From the NCBI GenBank assembly GCA_044225175.1, contig JBGAJA010000003.1:197428-261427 (forward strand): a stretch of DNA of 64,000 bases. The letters are read 5' to 3'. Below the pieces are notes generated by a model. That model saw nothing but the letters and a program-made list of their open reading frames with translations. It had not been told where the DNA came from and ran no database searches. Origin of the DNA: Candidatus Omnitrophota bacterium. Its GTDB lineage: Bacteria > Omnitrophota > Gorgyraeia > Zapsychrales > Fredricksoniimonadaceae. Both the position numbers and the translations under genes were made by a program. Of the stretch, positions 19,663 to 29,173 are shown in pieces; within the stretch, counting starts at the first letter, position 1; each line of letters opens with the position of its first letter.

Positions 19663-20955
19663 ATGAAATCTAAATTAGGTTTTACTCTTCTTGAAGTCCT
19701 CATTACTTCTTTAATGATTGGGCTTTTGACTGCCGCAGTGACCATGGTTTATTTAACATCTTATCGTGCTGTGAGTGGTGGTCAGGACAGCGCTGGTGTC
19801 ACAATCCCTCTTTCTCAAGGTTTTGTTCGAATGGTGGATGATCTGCATAATGCCAGAGGAATTACTATCTGTAATTCTACAACAATAAGATTTGAAGATA
19901 ATACGGGCAGTATAGGGACTAATTATACTTATACTTTATATACATCTGGGGGTGTAACAAAACTATTAAAAGCATTAGCAACTGATCCTGCTGGTTCAGG
20001 ACAGTTGATTATGTCTAATATTGTAAGCGCTTCATCAACTCTTTGTAGTGCAAGTAGCGGAATCTTCACTATTGATCTTACTGCAACCCAAAACTCTATT
20101 TCTAAACATTTTAAAACGAGTGTTAAATTAAATGTTTCTCCATCGCTGCCTATTGCATGGTGGAAATTTGATGAAAACACAGGGACTACGGCCTATGATT
20201 CCAGCGGGAACGGCTATACAGGAACTCTCAATGGCGGATCTCCAGGATGGGTAGCTTCTAGCACTAACATGGGATATGCCTTAACTCTTTCTGCAGTTAA
20301 TACGGATTATATGGAATTCACTCCTGCCATCACGCCTGCCGCAAACAGCTCTTACTCGATCAGTCTTTGGGCTTATTATTCGCTGGCTGGAGGAGTAAGC
20401 ATGCCAATATTTACTTCCACTGCCCAAACTGGATTATATTTAGATAGTACTAATAAAAGACTAAAATTGGTAGGAACAGACGCTTCAATTTACGCAAGAA
20501 ATTCAACGTATACACCTTTTGCTGCCAGCGCATATTTTCATGTTGTAATGGTTGTTACTGATTATGCTGCAACAAGCACAGTTTGGTTCTATGTGAATGG
20601 GTTATTGACCTATTCAACAAATATCACGGATAATACGGGTCTTATTAGTTACAGTAGAATAGGATATGATGGGGTCAATAAAATGAACGGAAGAATGGAT
20701 GATGTGCGTTATTACAATAGAGCACTATCTCCTGAAGAAATCAGACAAATGTATGGTCAATATGGAAAAGTTTGTGATTCGAATTACAATCTTTGTACTG
20801 CAACCTGTAAGGATTTATATTCTGCGGCGAGTACTAGTAGTTGTGGAGGATGTACCACGGCGTGTATAGGGGGCCAATCTTGCACAAAAGGGAAATGTTG
20901 CACTACAGGGTGGACTAATTGCAGCGGTACTTGTACCAATGGTGCTTGCCCATAA
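19663..20955 (+). CDS. Minor pilin (PilW/GspJ-like) with LamG domain and Cys-rich tail
   Basis: G|FTLLE; AWWKFDENTGTTAYDSSGNG...MDDVRYYNRALS; 12-Cys C-terminus. Confidence 0.85.
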   Translation: MKSKLGFTLLEVLITSLMIGLLTAAVTMVYLTSYRAVSGGQDSAGVTIPLSQGFVRMVDDLHNARGITICNSTTIRFEDNTGSIGTNYTYTLYTSGGVTKLLKALATDPAGSGQLIMSNIVSASSTLCSASSGIFTIDLTATQNSISKHFKTSVKLNVSPSLPIAWWKFDENTGTTAYDSSGNGYTGTLNGGSPGWVASSTNMGYALTLSAVNTDYMEFTPAITPAANSSYSISLWAYYSLAGGVSMPIFTSTAQTGLYLDSTNKRLKLVGTDASIYARNSTYTPFAASAYFHVVMVVTDYAATSTVWFYVNGLLTYSTNITDNTGLISYSRIGYDGVNKMNGRMDDVRYYNRALSPEEIRQMYGQYGKVCDSNYNLCTATCKDLYSAASTSSCGGCTTACIGGQSCTKGKCCTTGWTNCSGTCTNGACP

Positions 20956-20966
20956 TCATACTTAAA

Positions 20967-22136
20967 ATGAAAAACAAATTTATTCATCAAAGTCAAGGCA
21001 TGCTTTTATTAGTTATTGTGTTTATGTTTGCCTTAATGGTTTTGGCTGTTGCTTTTATGGGATCAACCATATACAACGCTAGGGTATCTTCGAGTCAAGT
21101 AGACAAGACACAAGCCTACTACATGGCAATAGCTGGAATCAACAAGGCGGAATATTATCTGGCTAATACTGCTCCTGATGCTTCGACAGATGGCTCTTAT
21201 CGAATAGGAACAGCTGCTACATCTGCAAGCTGTCCTAGTGGTTCACCAACCTGTTGTCCTGATGGGTTAAATGAAACAAGTATTGGAGGAACTTCCGGAA
21301 GCTATACGATTTGTATTGAAACTGTTACTCCACCTACCCTTGGTCAACCAACTATTAAAATCACCTCCACTGGAACCTTCAACGAAATAAGTAAAACTGT
21401 TCAGACGATTGTCAGATATAGATCAACGCTTGAGGCATGGTATAAGGGAGATGAAGGAAGCGGTTCAATCCTGCTTGATTCTGGTTCTAAAGGTATTTAT
21501 ATGATTTTCCCAGCCGCAACAAAGCCTAAATGGACAGATTCTGGGAAAGTTAATGGTGGTTCTGTTCTTTATGCGGGAGGAGCGCAATCTTCAAATACCA
21601 ACATGCTAGCTACAATTGCTACTACATTGGGAGGCGGAATCTATCCTGCCGTGTCAGCATTTAGTATTTCTGCATGGGTTTATCCTACGGCGACGACCAC
21701 TGCAAAACAATGTGTGCTGTGTGATATTTGGGGTAGTAAAGGTTTTTATTTGACGGTAGCAGGGGGATCTTTTTATGTTAATTTTACCGATGTGGCTGGA
21801 ACAAGTTCGAGTGCTGCCTCGGGTGCTATGAGTACAGGAGCCTGGGCCCATATTGCAGCTTCATATGATGGAACGACTCTGACTTTATATAAGAATGGAA
21901 CTTCTGTCACAACGGCTACGACCAATGGATTCACATTTCTTAATGGATCTGGTACCGATGTGGCGGGGAATCATTTATATGCTTATTTAGATGAGGTTCG
22001 TTTCTATTCTCGAGCGTTATCATCGACGGAGATTGATTTGCTTTATACAGCAGGTACAGTGGAGGCCACTAATGCTACTGCTGTAACAGCATATGGTTAC
22101 ATTGTTCCAATTCCAGGATCTTTTACAGAGCTATGA
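20967..22136 (+). CDS. PilX/GspK-like minor pilin with LamG domain
   Basis: QG|MLLLV hydrophobic helix, QAYYMAIAG, FSISAWVYP...LDEVRFYSRALS. Confidence 0.82.
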   Translation: MKNKFIHQSQGMLLLVIVFMFALMVLAVAFMGSTIYNARVSSSQVDKTQAYYMAIAGINKAEYYLANTAPDASTDGSYRIGTAATSASCPSGSPTCCPDGLNETSIGGTSGSYTICIETVTPPTLGQPTIKITSTGTFNEISKTVQTIVRYRSTLEAWYKGDEGSGSILLDSGSKGIYMIFPAATKPKWTDSGKVNGGSVLYAGGAQSSNTNMLATIATTLGGGIYPAVSAFSISAWVYPTATTTAKQCVLCDIWGSKGFYLTVAGGSFYVNFTDVAGTSSSAASGAMSTGAWAHIAASYDGTTLTLYKNGTSVTTATTNGFTFLNGSGTDVAGNHLYAYLDEVRFYSRALSSTEIDLLYTAGTVEATNATAVTAYGYIVPIPGSFTEL

Positions 22137-22555
22137 GAATGAACAAACAATCTATACGTTACAAACTTAATAAAAGAGGTTTTACTTTATTGGAGATAAT
22201 CATATCCTCAGTTTTAATTACTGTTGGAATAGTTTCAGTTGTAAGGGTCATATCTTCAGGACTTGTATTTAACAGCTCAATGGATGGAGAGTCTGTTGCT
22301 TTGGCTTTAGCCCAGCAGAAAATGGAAGTTCTTAGAAACACAGCGTATACAAGCATTTCTGATTCTTCGACTCTTTGTTCAGCGACGTATACAACTTGGG
22401 CTGCCGCGGATATTACGCCCTATTATCAATGTTGGTCTGTTACAGATAACACACATTACAAAACAGTGGTTGTTAAAATCGCTTGGGATTTTAAAGGAGC
22501 GCAAAGAACAGTCAGTTTAACAACTTATATCGCTAATCTTTATCCTAGGATGTAA
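22133..22555 (+). CDS. Minor pilin (PilV/GspI-like)
   Basis: RG|FTLLE and ALAQQKMEVLR motifs. Confidence 0.85.
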   Translation: MRMNKQSIRYKLNKRGFTLLEIIISSVLITVGIVSVVRVISSGLVFNSSMDGESVALALAQQKMEVLRNTAYTSISDSSTLCSATYTTWAAADITPYYQCWSVTDNTHYKTVVVKIAWDFKGAQRTVSLTTYIANLYPRM

Positions 22556-22673
22556 ATGCTCATAATTAAAGGGTTTACATATTTTCTGTGACAATGAAAA
22601 ATCAATTCAATTAATAGAATGATTTTTAATATCTGTTAATATATTGATAATATTATCATTCATTTGAAATCTT

Positions 22674-24383
22674 ATGGCGCAAGCTAACTCCACATATAAA
22701 AATTCTTTTATACTTTCCCTCTTCCATCAGATCAAGTTATTGTCTAATCAAAGATCTGTCATTGGTGTCGATGTCGATCTAAATTTCGTAAATATTGTTC
22801 AAGTACAGAGCGTTTTGAATGATCAAAAGATTATTCGTGCTGTTTCTGAGAAGGTTGAGCTTATCAAGGATGGACGAAGAGAAACTGCCATTACTATTGC
22901 ACTTCAAAAAGCATTAAACAAATTTGATATCAAAAGTTCAGATATTATTTATACATTAAGTGATCAAAAGGCTATTGTGGATCACATTACAATGCCTTTA
23001 ATGCCGACTGAAGAACTCGGTGAGGCTGTTAAGTTGCAAATAAGTAATACTCAACATTATTCTATAGAAAATCCCATTTTTGACTTTCAAATTTTGGGAC
23101 GCAGTCTTGAAAAGGGGATTGAGAAATTTAATTTGATAGTGGCGGCCATTGCTAAATCTTCTATGGATATCTATACGAGTCGATTCAAGGCCTCTCCAAA
23201 CGATGCTTTAAGTGGCATAAAGAAGTCATTGTTTCTTGAAAATTTGATGGATGTCAATATTACTAGAGCGATTCCGCTTTCAATAGCCTTTGAGAACATT
23301 ATTAAGGAATCGGAGAAATCTGAGACATTGGCTGTTCTTTATATTGGTGCATCAACTTCAGAAATTAATATCTATAAAGAAGGAAAGTTAGATTTCACAA
23401 GAAAGATCACTCTTTTAGCTGGAGATTTAACTAAAGCTTTAACAAGTGCTATTTTTACGGATAGTGGAAAGATAGAACTAACTGCAGCTGAAGCCCAAAT
23501 GCTTCAGAAAGAATTTGGTATTCCATCTTCTGGAGATAATTTTCTAATCCGAGGTAAAATCACAGCAAATCAGGCTCTTGCTTTACTACGTCCTAAGCTA
23601 GAACAGTTGAATCGAGAGATTCATCGTTGTTTTGATTATTATTATGATAAAACTCAATCTAATAAGATTGAGAAAATTATTTTATTTGGAGATGCTGCGC
23701 TTTTAAAGGGATTAGGTAATTCTTTAAATATAGAATTTGGTATTCCCGTAACGATAGGTAATCCTTTGGGAGGAAAAGTTCTTCATTTTAATGGCGAATC
23801 TGAATTCACTGCGGACGATATTCAAAGATTAGTTGCTGCAATCGGAGCAAGTCTTTCAGACTCAAAAGGGATTAATCTTTTACCAACGGCTTTTAGAAGT
23901 TTCCAAGTCAAATTTCTTCAAAGAGTATTGGTTGTTCTAGCTGCATGTGCAATGATTGGACTGTTTATTTTCGTATATCTGGGACTTTTGGTTCAACAAA
24001 CCATTACAAAGAAACAATTAGAAAATACAAAAAAAGAATACCTTGCTATTTTGCCAAAGGTTAATCAAATCAGAACTACCCTCTTAGCAAAAGATTATGT
24101 TGATCATCGTATGAATATCGCAAAATTAATGTTGCAGTTAAGTCACCTGCCTAAGAAGGTATTTATAACTGAATTGAAATTAGAACAGGATACTTTGACA
24201 TTATCCGGATTGGTTGCTCTTAAGCCTCAAGAAGCTAAGGCGAAGCTTAGTCGTCTTGAGGAAGAATTGGCTACAAATTATTTATATAACGTTCGAGAAA
24301 ATTCTTTAAAGCAGTCTGTGATAGATGCTTCTTTGACAGAGTTTGTGATTCAAGCCCAATTAAGAAAGGAGGAGGCAAAATAA
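22674..24383 (+). CDS. pilM: PilM (actin-like) fused to a PilN-like TM/periplasmic domain
   Basis: VIGVDV, IILFGDAALLKGL, then INLLP, a TM segment and LTLSG. Confidence 0.8.
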   Translation: MAQANSTYKNSFILSLFHQIKLLSNQRSVIGVDVDLNFVNIVQVQSVLNDQKIIRAVSEKVELIKDGRRETAITIALQKALNKFDIKSSDIIYTLSDQKAIVDHITMPLMPTEELGEAVKLQISNTQHYSIENPIFDFQILGRSLEKGIEKFNLIVAAIAKSSMDIYTSRFKASPNDALSGIKKSLFLENLMDVNITRAIPLSIAFENIIKESEKSETLAVLYIGASTSEINIYKEGKLDFTRKITLLAGDLTKALTSAIFTDSGKIELTAAEAQMLQKEFGIPSSGDNFLIRGKITANQALALLRPKLEQLNREIHRCFDYYYDKTQSNKIEKIILFGDAALLKGLGNSLNIEFGIPVTIGNPLGGKVLHFNGESEFTADDIQRLVAAIGASLSDSKGINLLPTAFRSFQVKFLQRVLVVLAACAMIGLFIFVYLGLLVQQTITKKQLENTKKEYLAILPKVNQIRTTLLAKDYVDHRMNIAKLMLQLSHLPKKVFITELKLEQDTLTLSGLVALKPQEAKAKLSRLEEELATNYLYNVRENSLKQSVIDASLTEFVIQAQLRKEEAK

Positions 24384-24910
24384 TGAATCTTCCTACTTTT
24401 AAACAAGAGGAATTCTTACCTGTCGCTGTGGTTGCATTCTTTCTATTTATTATTTTTGTAGGTCTGTGTGTATGTAAATCAGTTGCTGGAAATATTCATC
24501 AGAATAAAGAGCAGCGTCAGGCATATATACAAGAGACTCTTAATTTAAAGAAATTGATATCTGCTGCTAGTCAAAAGAAGTTTATCAAATTAACTTCTCC
24601 AAATAAATTAGATGAGTTTAAAGATAAAATTTCTAAGATAGCTGCTGATAATAATGTACGTTTAATTTTTAACAAATCGAATGATGAAGCGTCCTCAGAT
24701 ACTAATTCGTTTAACCGTATACCTTTTGAAGTTCAAACTTCTGGAAAGTTTCAAGATTTTGGTAAATTTTTGACGCAACTTAAGACAATGCCAGAAGGGC
24801 TGGTTGATGTAGAAAGAGTAGTTATGTCAACTGAAGGTCAGGCAAGTTCAGCAAATATCGTTGGAATTATGACATTAGGGATCTATTTGGCTAAAGATAA
24901 TGAAATTTAA
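24383..24910 (+). CDS. pilO: PilO-like protein
   Basis: N-terminal TM; IPFEVQTSGKFQDFGKFLTQL motif; position after pilM/N. Confidence 0.7.
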   Translation: MNLPTFKQEEFLPVAVVAFFLFIIFVGLCVCKSVAGNIHQNKEQRQAYIQETLNLKKLISAASQKKFIKLTSPNKLDEFKDKISKIAADNNVRLIFNKSNDEASSDTNSFNRIPFEVQTSGKFQDFGKFLTQLKTMPEGLVDVERVVMSTEGQASSANIVGIMTLGIYLAKDNEI

Positions 24911-25445
24911 TCAAACTACTTTTATTGGTATCGTTGTTGTCCTTTTTATAATAGCTATTATTTTCTTGTTTGGTTTATCCTCTTCCAAGAAGAAATTCGA
25001 GGTTTTGCCAAAGTTAAATAATAAACAAATAATGGATTTAATTGAGCAGAAAGATGATGTGCAATTAGTTTCTTCTCCAGCAAAATGGGGAAAAAGAAAT
25101 CCTTTTGTTTCACCCGTCTCTAATGCAACATCAGACCATACGATTGTGCTTGCAGGAGTGTTCTGGGGAAGCAGTAAACCAAGTGCTATTTTTAATACAT
25201 TTACTCAAGTGGATGGACAAAATATTCCGCAAAGTGTTGTAGCTGGGGTGGGCGAAAAGGTTAATGATCTAACAGTTAAAGAAATTAAAAGTGATGGAGT
25301 TGTCTTAAGTGATTCTCAAGGACAGGCAATGGTTTTCTTTATGAAAGAAGCTTTTAAAGTTCCAGATCCTTTAGCTGAAGAAGATGACGAAGATGATCCG
25401 CAGAGTACCGGTAATATGCAGCAGACGTCAATTCCTACCCAATAG
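24900..25445 (+). CDS. PilP/GspC-like protein
   Basis: TM, WGKRNPF, LAGVFW...VGEKV...VKEIKSDGVVL; gene position. Confidence 0.6.
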   Translation: MKFNQTTFIGIVVVLFIIAIIFLFGLSSSKKKFEVLPKLNNKQIMDLIEQKDDVQLVSSPAKWGKRNPFVSPVSNATSDHTIVLAGVFWGSSKPSAIFNTFTQVDGQNIPQSVVAGVGEKVNDLTVKEIKSDGVVLSDSQGQAMVFFMKEAFKVPDPLAEEDDEDDPQSTGNMQQTSIPTQ

Positions 25446-25479
25446 AGAAAATCTATTTAGAAAACAGATTGGATAACTA

Positions 25480-25917
25480 ATGAAGAATATTTTTATTTTA
25501 ATTTTGTTATTAGGTTTTATTCTTCCTTCCATGACCTTGGCTATGAGCCTTTCGAAAGAAAAGGTGGATCGACTTAAATATATCAAGCAAAGTTTAATGG
25601 ATATTGATGGTAAAACGCTTCAACAGACCATCAATGAAGTAGAAAAGAGCAAACATCCGGAAATACAATTAAGCATTAAAGAAGCCATGGCTAAAACATA
25701 TATTGAGATTGTACAGGAACAAAATGTTCAAGGATTGTCTAAGAAAAAGTGGCTTTACAGTATGGTTGCTCTTAATATGGCTTACTTACAATTTGGTGGG
25801 GATAAAGATTCAGCAGGAAATGCAAGCAACCTAAATAAATTGATCCGCAGTAAATTAAGGTCTCATCTTCCTTCCGGTATCATGCAACAACCAGGATTTA
25901 GAACTTCTTTAGAATAA
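25480..25917 (+). CDS. Hypothetical exported protein
   Basis: Signal peptide, 145 aa ORF. Confidence 0.7.
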   Translation: MKNIFILILLLGFILPSMTLAMSLSKEKVDRLKYIKQSLMDIDGKTLQQTINEVEKSKHPEIQLSIKEAMAKTYIEIVQEQNVQGLSKKKWLYSMVALNMAYLQFGGDKDSAGNASNLNKLIRSKLRSHLPSGIMQQPGFRTSLE

Positions 25918-25929
25918 AATCTTTTAAGA

Positions 25930-27405
25930 TTAGCGGGATATTTTCAATCCTTCGATAAAGCTTTCTACAATATCCTGGTCGATTTCATCTTTCATCGAAC
26001 GAAGAATTTGAATGGCTTCGTTTGTAGATTTTTTCGGGCGGTAGGAGCGTTCTGTGGTGAGAGCATCATAGATGTCAGCCACGGTCAGAATACGGACTAA
26101 GGGGGAGATTTCAGAACCTTTTAAACCATCAGGATAGCCAGATCCATCTAGTTTCTCGTGATGATGCCTAATAATATCACAAAGGGGGGATAAAGATCGA
26201 ACGGGTTTGATAATGCTTTCTCCTATTTCAGCGTGACGACGCATAATGACCCATTCTTCTTCATTGAGTCTTTTGTCTTTTAGTAGAATTTCATCAGGAA
26301 TTCCTATTTTTCCTAAATCATGAAGGCGTGCCCCATCACGTAATATCTGTAAATCCTCGCCATCAATTCCAATTTGTTTAGCAATCAACATGACGTATTC
26401 AGATACGCGATCTAGGTGCCCTCTTGAATATTTATCTTTAGCATCAACAGCAAGTGCAAGGGCAGAGATAGTTTCAAAATAGGTTTTTTCAATGTCATTA
26501 TTGAGTTTTGAATTTTCAAGAGCGATTCCTGTTTGTGAGGCAAGATGAAAGACAAGATCAACATCATCTTGAGAAAATGTTGCATCTGAGGTTTCATCTT
26601 TACTTAAAGTTATAAGTCCTAGAATTTTCTCACGATAGAGTAATGGTACGCAGATTAAGTTTTCTCCAAAGAAATTAGCTAGTACAGGATTGTTTAAACT
26701 TTTCAGAAAGATTCCAGAGACTATGAAAGGCTTTTTTTCTTCTATCACTTTTGAAAATGGAGAGCCTTGGAAAAGTTGAATATGAATAGGATTGAGAATA
26801 TCATAACTGGCTCCGTATACACTATTAATGACTAGTTCTGTTTTACTGCTTTTGAGCAGCATTAAAGTTGAAACTTTACCATTTAGGGCATTAGTCATCG
26901 TTTCTAAAATCAGTTCAAGAAAGGTGTCAATTCTTTCCATATTGGAAATTCCTTGGCCTACTTTATCCATGACTGATTGCAGTGTTCTTTTTGCAGATTC
27001 CAAGCTTTGGATATTGTCTTCAAGCTTTTTCGTCACTGCAGAAAAGGAACGACTTAGGACGGCAATTTCATTCTCTCCTTGGTTCAATTGTTGAATCGTT
27101 TCGGGACTAAGGATTTTCTCTAAGATTTTACTGTTGTTTTCAGTAATATTAATGACTGTCTTTAATAATGTACGCATGGAGTTGTACCCAATAAGGACAC
27201 CCAAAGTCATGAAAATCATAGCTATTTGAAAATTACCCTCGCTTAATTCAATATGTCCAGATTTATTGTGTTGAAAATAGACATATGTAAGTAAACCCAT
27301 AGGGACAATGGAAGCTAAAAGAAAAAGAATGGTAAATTTACGAAGGATAGAGGCGTCTTCGAAAGAAGCGGCAAAGAAGAGTTTATTATTTTTTTTAGAA
27401 GTCAT
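25930..27405 (-). CDS. Membrane-anchored HAMP-GAF-HD-GYP phosphodiesterase
   Basis: Two TMs; LHDLGKIG, HHHEKLDGSGYPDGL and VADIYDAL motifs. Confidence 0.92.
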   Translation of the reverse strand: MTSKKNNKLFFAASFEDASILRKFTILFLLASIVPMGLLTYVYFQHNKSGHIELSEGNFQIAMIFMTLGVLIGYNSMRTLLKTVINITENNSKILEKILSPETIQQLNQGENEIAVLSRSFSAVTKKLEDNIQSLESAKRTLQSVMDKVGQGISNMERIDTFLELILETMTNALNGKVSTLMLLKSSKTELVINSVYGASYDILNPIHIQLFQGSPFSKVIEEKKPFIVSGIFLKSLNNPVLANFFGENLICVPLLYREKILGLITLSKDETSDATFSQDDVDLVFHLASQTGIALENSKLNNDIEKTYFETISALALAVDAKDKYSRGHLDRVSEYVMLIAKQIGIDGEDLQILRDGARLHDLGKIGIPDEILLKDKRLNEEEWVIMRRHAEIGESIIKPVRSLSPLCDIIRHHHEKLDGSGYPDGLKGSEISPLVRILTVADIYDALTTERSYRPKKSTNEAIQILRSMKDEIDQDIVESFIEGLKISR

Positions 27406-27650
27406 ATAGTCTTTTCAAAACACAATTACTAAATATAACTGTAATCTTATGCAATGAACAGAAAATTCTCTTTTCAATTTAAGATATATCATATTATTTT
27501 AAGTTAATCCAACTTGAAGAAATAATTTTCTGGGTTATTTTAAGTTGTATATCTCGCTGTCTTGCTTTAAAATATCGAGGTTTTAGATTCATTCCATAGA
27601 GAAATTTCACGGAAATTGACTATCACATTAAAATATTTTAGGAGAGATCT

Positions 27651-28169
27651 ATGCAAGGGACAATAGACAAGCTTTATGAATATTTTCTTCAATATGGGCT
27701 AAATATTCTAGCCGCGATTATTATTTTTATTCTGGGCCGAATGATTGCAACATTCGTGAGTAATATTGTAGAGGCAGCCCTTGTTAGAGCGAGAATCAAT
27801 GTCACTTTAGCCTCTTTTGCTAAATATTTAGGTTTTTACGGCATTATGACTTTTGTTGTCATTGCTTCGCTTAATAAACTTGGAGTAGAGACGAGTTCTT
27901 TCATTGCTGTTGTAGGAGCTGCTTCATTAGCTGTTGGCTTAGCTTTGCAGGGATCATTATCTAACTTTGCCTCAGGTGTTATGCTTATCTTGTTTCATCC
28001 TTTTAAAGTAGGAGATATTATTGATGCCGGGGGAGCCCAGGGACGTGTTCAGGAGATCCAAATTTTTAATACAATAATCATCTCTATTGATAATAATAAG
28101 AAAATCATCGTTCCAAATTCCAAAATTACAGGAGACAGAATCATTGTTGATATGTCAACCAAGGGCTGA
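27651..28169 (+). CDS. mscS: Short small-conductance mechanosensitive channel
   Basis: LAVGLALQGSLSNFASG and PFKVGD motifs; 172 aa, lacks the C-terminal alpha/beta domain. Confidence 0.85.
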   Translation: MQGTIDKLYEYFLQYGLNILAAIIIFILGRMIATFVSNIVEAALVRARINVTLASFAKYLGFYGIMTFVVIASLNKLGVETSSFIAVVGAASLAVGLALQGSLSNFASGVMLILFHPFKVGDIIDAGGAQGRVQEIQIFNTIIISIDNNKKIIVPNSKITGDRIIVDMSTKG

Positions 28170-28184
28170 TGGGCCTCTGGCGGA
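28155..28184. repeat. Degenerate double-hairpin repeat (family of 43845-43877) overlapping the mscS stop
   Basis: TCAACCAAGGGCTGATGGGCCTCTGGCGGA versus CCAGCCAGAGGCTGGTCCGCCTCCGGCGGA. Confidence 0.6.
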
Positions 28185-28223
28185 AGCATAAACTATCGAA
28201 TACTTAATATTAAGGAGAATGAA

Positions 28224-28688
28224 ATGAAGAAAACTTTAAGTTTAGTTGTTGTAGGAATACTTGCTTTAGTAATATCTGGTTGTGCTGAGAACAAGACACG
28301 AGTGGGAGAAGGGGCTGGTATTGGGGGGATTTTAGGTGCTGCTGCTGGTGGTATTATTGGTTATCAAAGTGGGCATGGTTTAGAAGGGTCTTTAATTGGA
28401 GGAGCTGCTGGAGCTGGCGGTGGAGCGCTTGTCGGATCGCAAATCAATAAACCAGGGACGACAACTACAACATCTACCACCACGACGACGACTAAGACTG
28501 AACCTGTTGAAACAGTCACTTTACAAAAGGTGGTGGATTGGACCCAACAAGGTCAATCTGGAGATGAAATCATTGCCAAGATCAATGCATCTCACACAAC
28601 ATTCTCATTAACTAAAGACGATATTGATTATTTAAGAAAGCAGTCCGTTAGCCAGCGTGTCATTGAAGCTATGCAAGCAGTCCGTTAA
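28224..28688 (+). CDS. Glycine-zipper lipoprotein
   Basis: Lipobox ISGC; GAGIGGILGAAAGGIIG; Thr-rich linker. Confidence 0.85.
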   Translation: MKKTLSLVVVGILALVISGCAENKTRVGEGAGIGGILGAAAGGIIGYQSGHGLEGSLIGGAAGAGGGALVGSQINKPGTTTTTSTTTTTTKTEPVETVTLQKVVDWTQQGQSGDEIIAKINASHTTFSLTKDDIDYLRKQSVSQRVIEAMQAVR

Positions 28689-28691
28689 TTA

Positions 28692-28775
28692 AACTCCCCC
28701 AGCCCCTTTTGAAAAAAAAAGAGGGAGGCACGCGGAGTTTCCCCTTTTTAATTAAAGAGGGGATTAAGGGGAGTT
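28692..28775. repeat. MITE/REP-doublet-like intergenic element
   Basis: Terminal inverted repeats AACTCCCC...GGGGAGTT enclosing two CCCCTTT...AAAGAGGG hairpins. Confidence 0.65.
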
Positions 28776-28794
28776 CAAATATAAGGAGTCAATA

Positions 28795-29169
28795 GTGGAT
28801 ATTCGAGCGACGTGTTTAAATTGTATGGATGGACGTGTTCAATTACCCGTCTTGGTATGGATAAAAAAGAATTATAAAATCGATTTTGTGGATGTCATTA
28901 CTGAAGCTGGAATGGATGGGGTTTTATCTAATCAGAAGTATATTGGAGAAATCCTTCGGAGTATTAATGTGTCCATCAAGATTAATAAATCAGAGCGGCT
29001 ATTTGTTGTAGGCCATTATGATTGCCGTGGAAATCCTATTGAAAAGGAAGCTCATCATCGTGAAATTATCGAGTCTGTCTGTCGTCTGAAAAAATACTGG
29101 CCTTCCATGCCCATTGTTGGCCTGTGGGTCAATAAGAAATGGCAAGTTGAAATCGTTAAAGAAAATTAA
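28795..29169 (+). CDS. Beta-carbonic-anhydrase-like protein
   Basis: CMDGR and GHYDC metal-ligand motifs; GTG start after AAGGAG. Confidence 0.7.
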   Translation: MDIRATCLNCMDGRVQLPVLVWIKKNYKIDFVDVITEAGMDGVLSNQKYIGEILRSINVSIKINKSERLFVVGHYDCRGNPIEKEAHHREIIESVCRLKKYWPSMPIVGLWVNKKWQVEIVKEN

Positions 29170-29173
29170 ACGG

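Noticed and set aside
18653-20966. ORF-track starts at 18653, 19166 and 20919
   Set aside because: Prepilin leader position and RBS or overlap with upstream genes favour 18695, 19187 and 20967.
28455-28500. ACN-rich run in the glycine-zipper lipoprotein
   Set aside because: Encodes a poly-Thr linker with mixed codons; low-complexity protein rather than a tandem DNA repeat.
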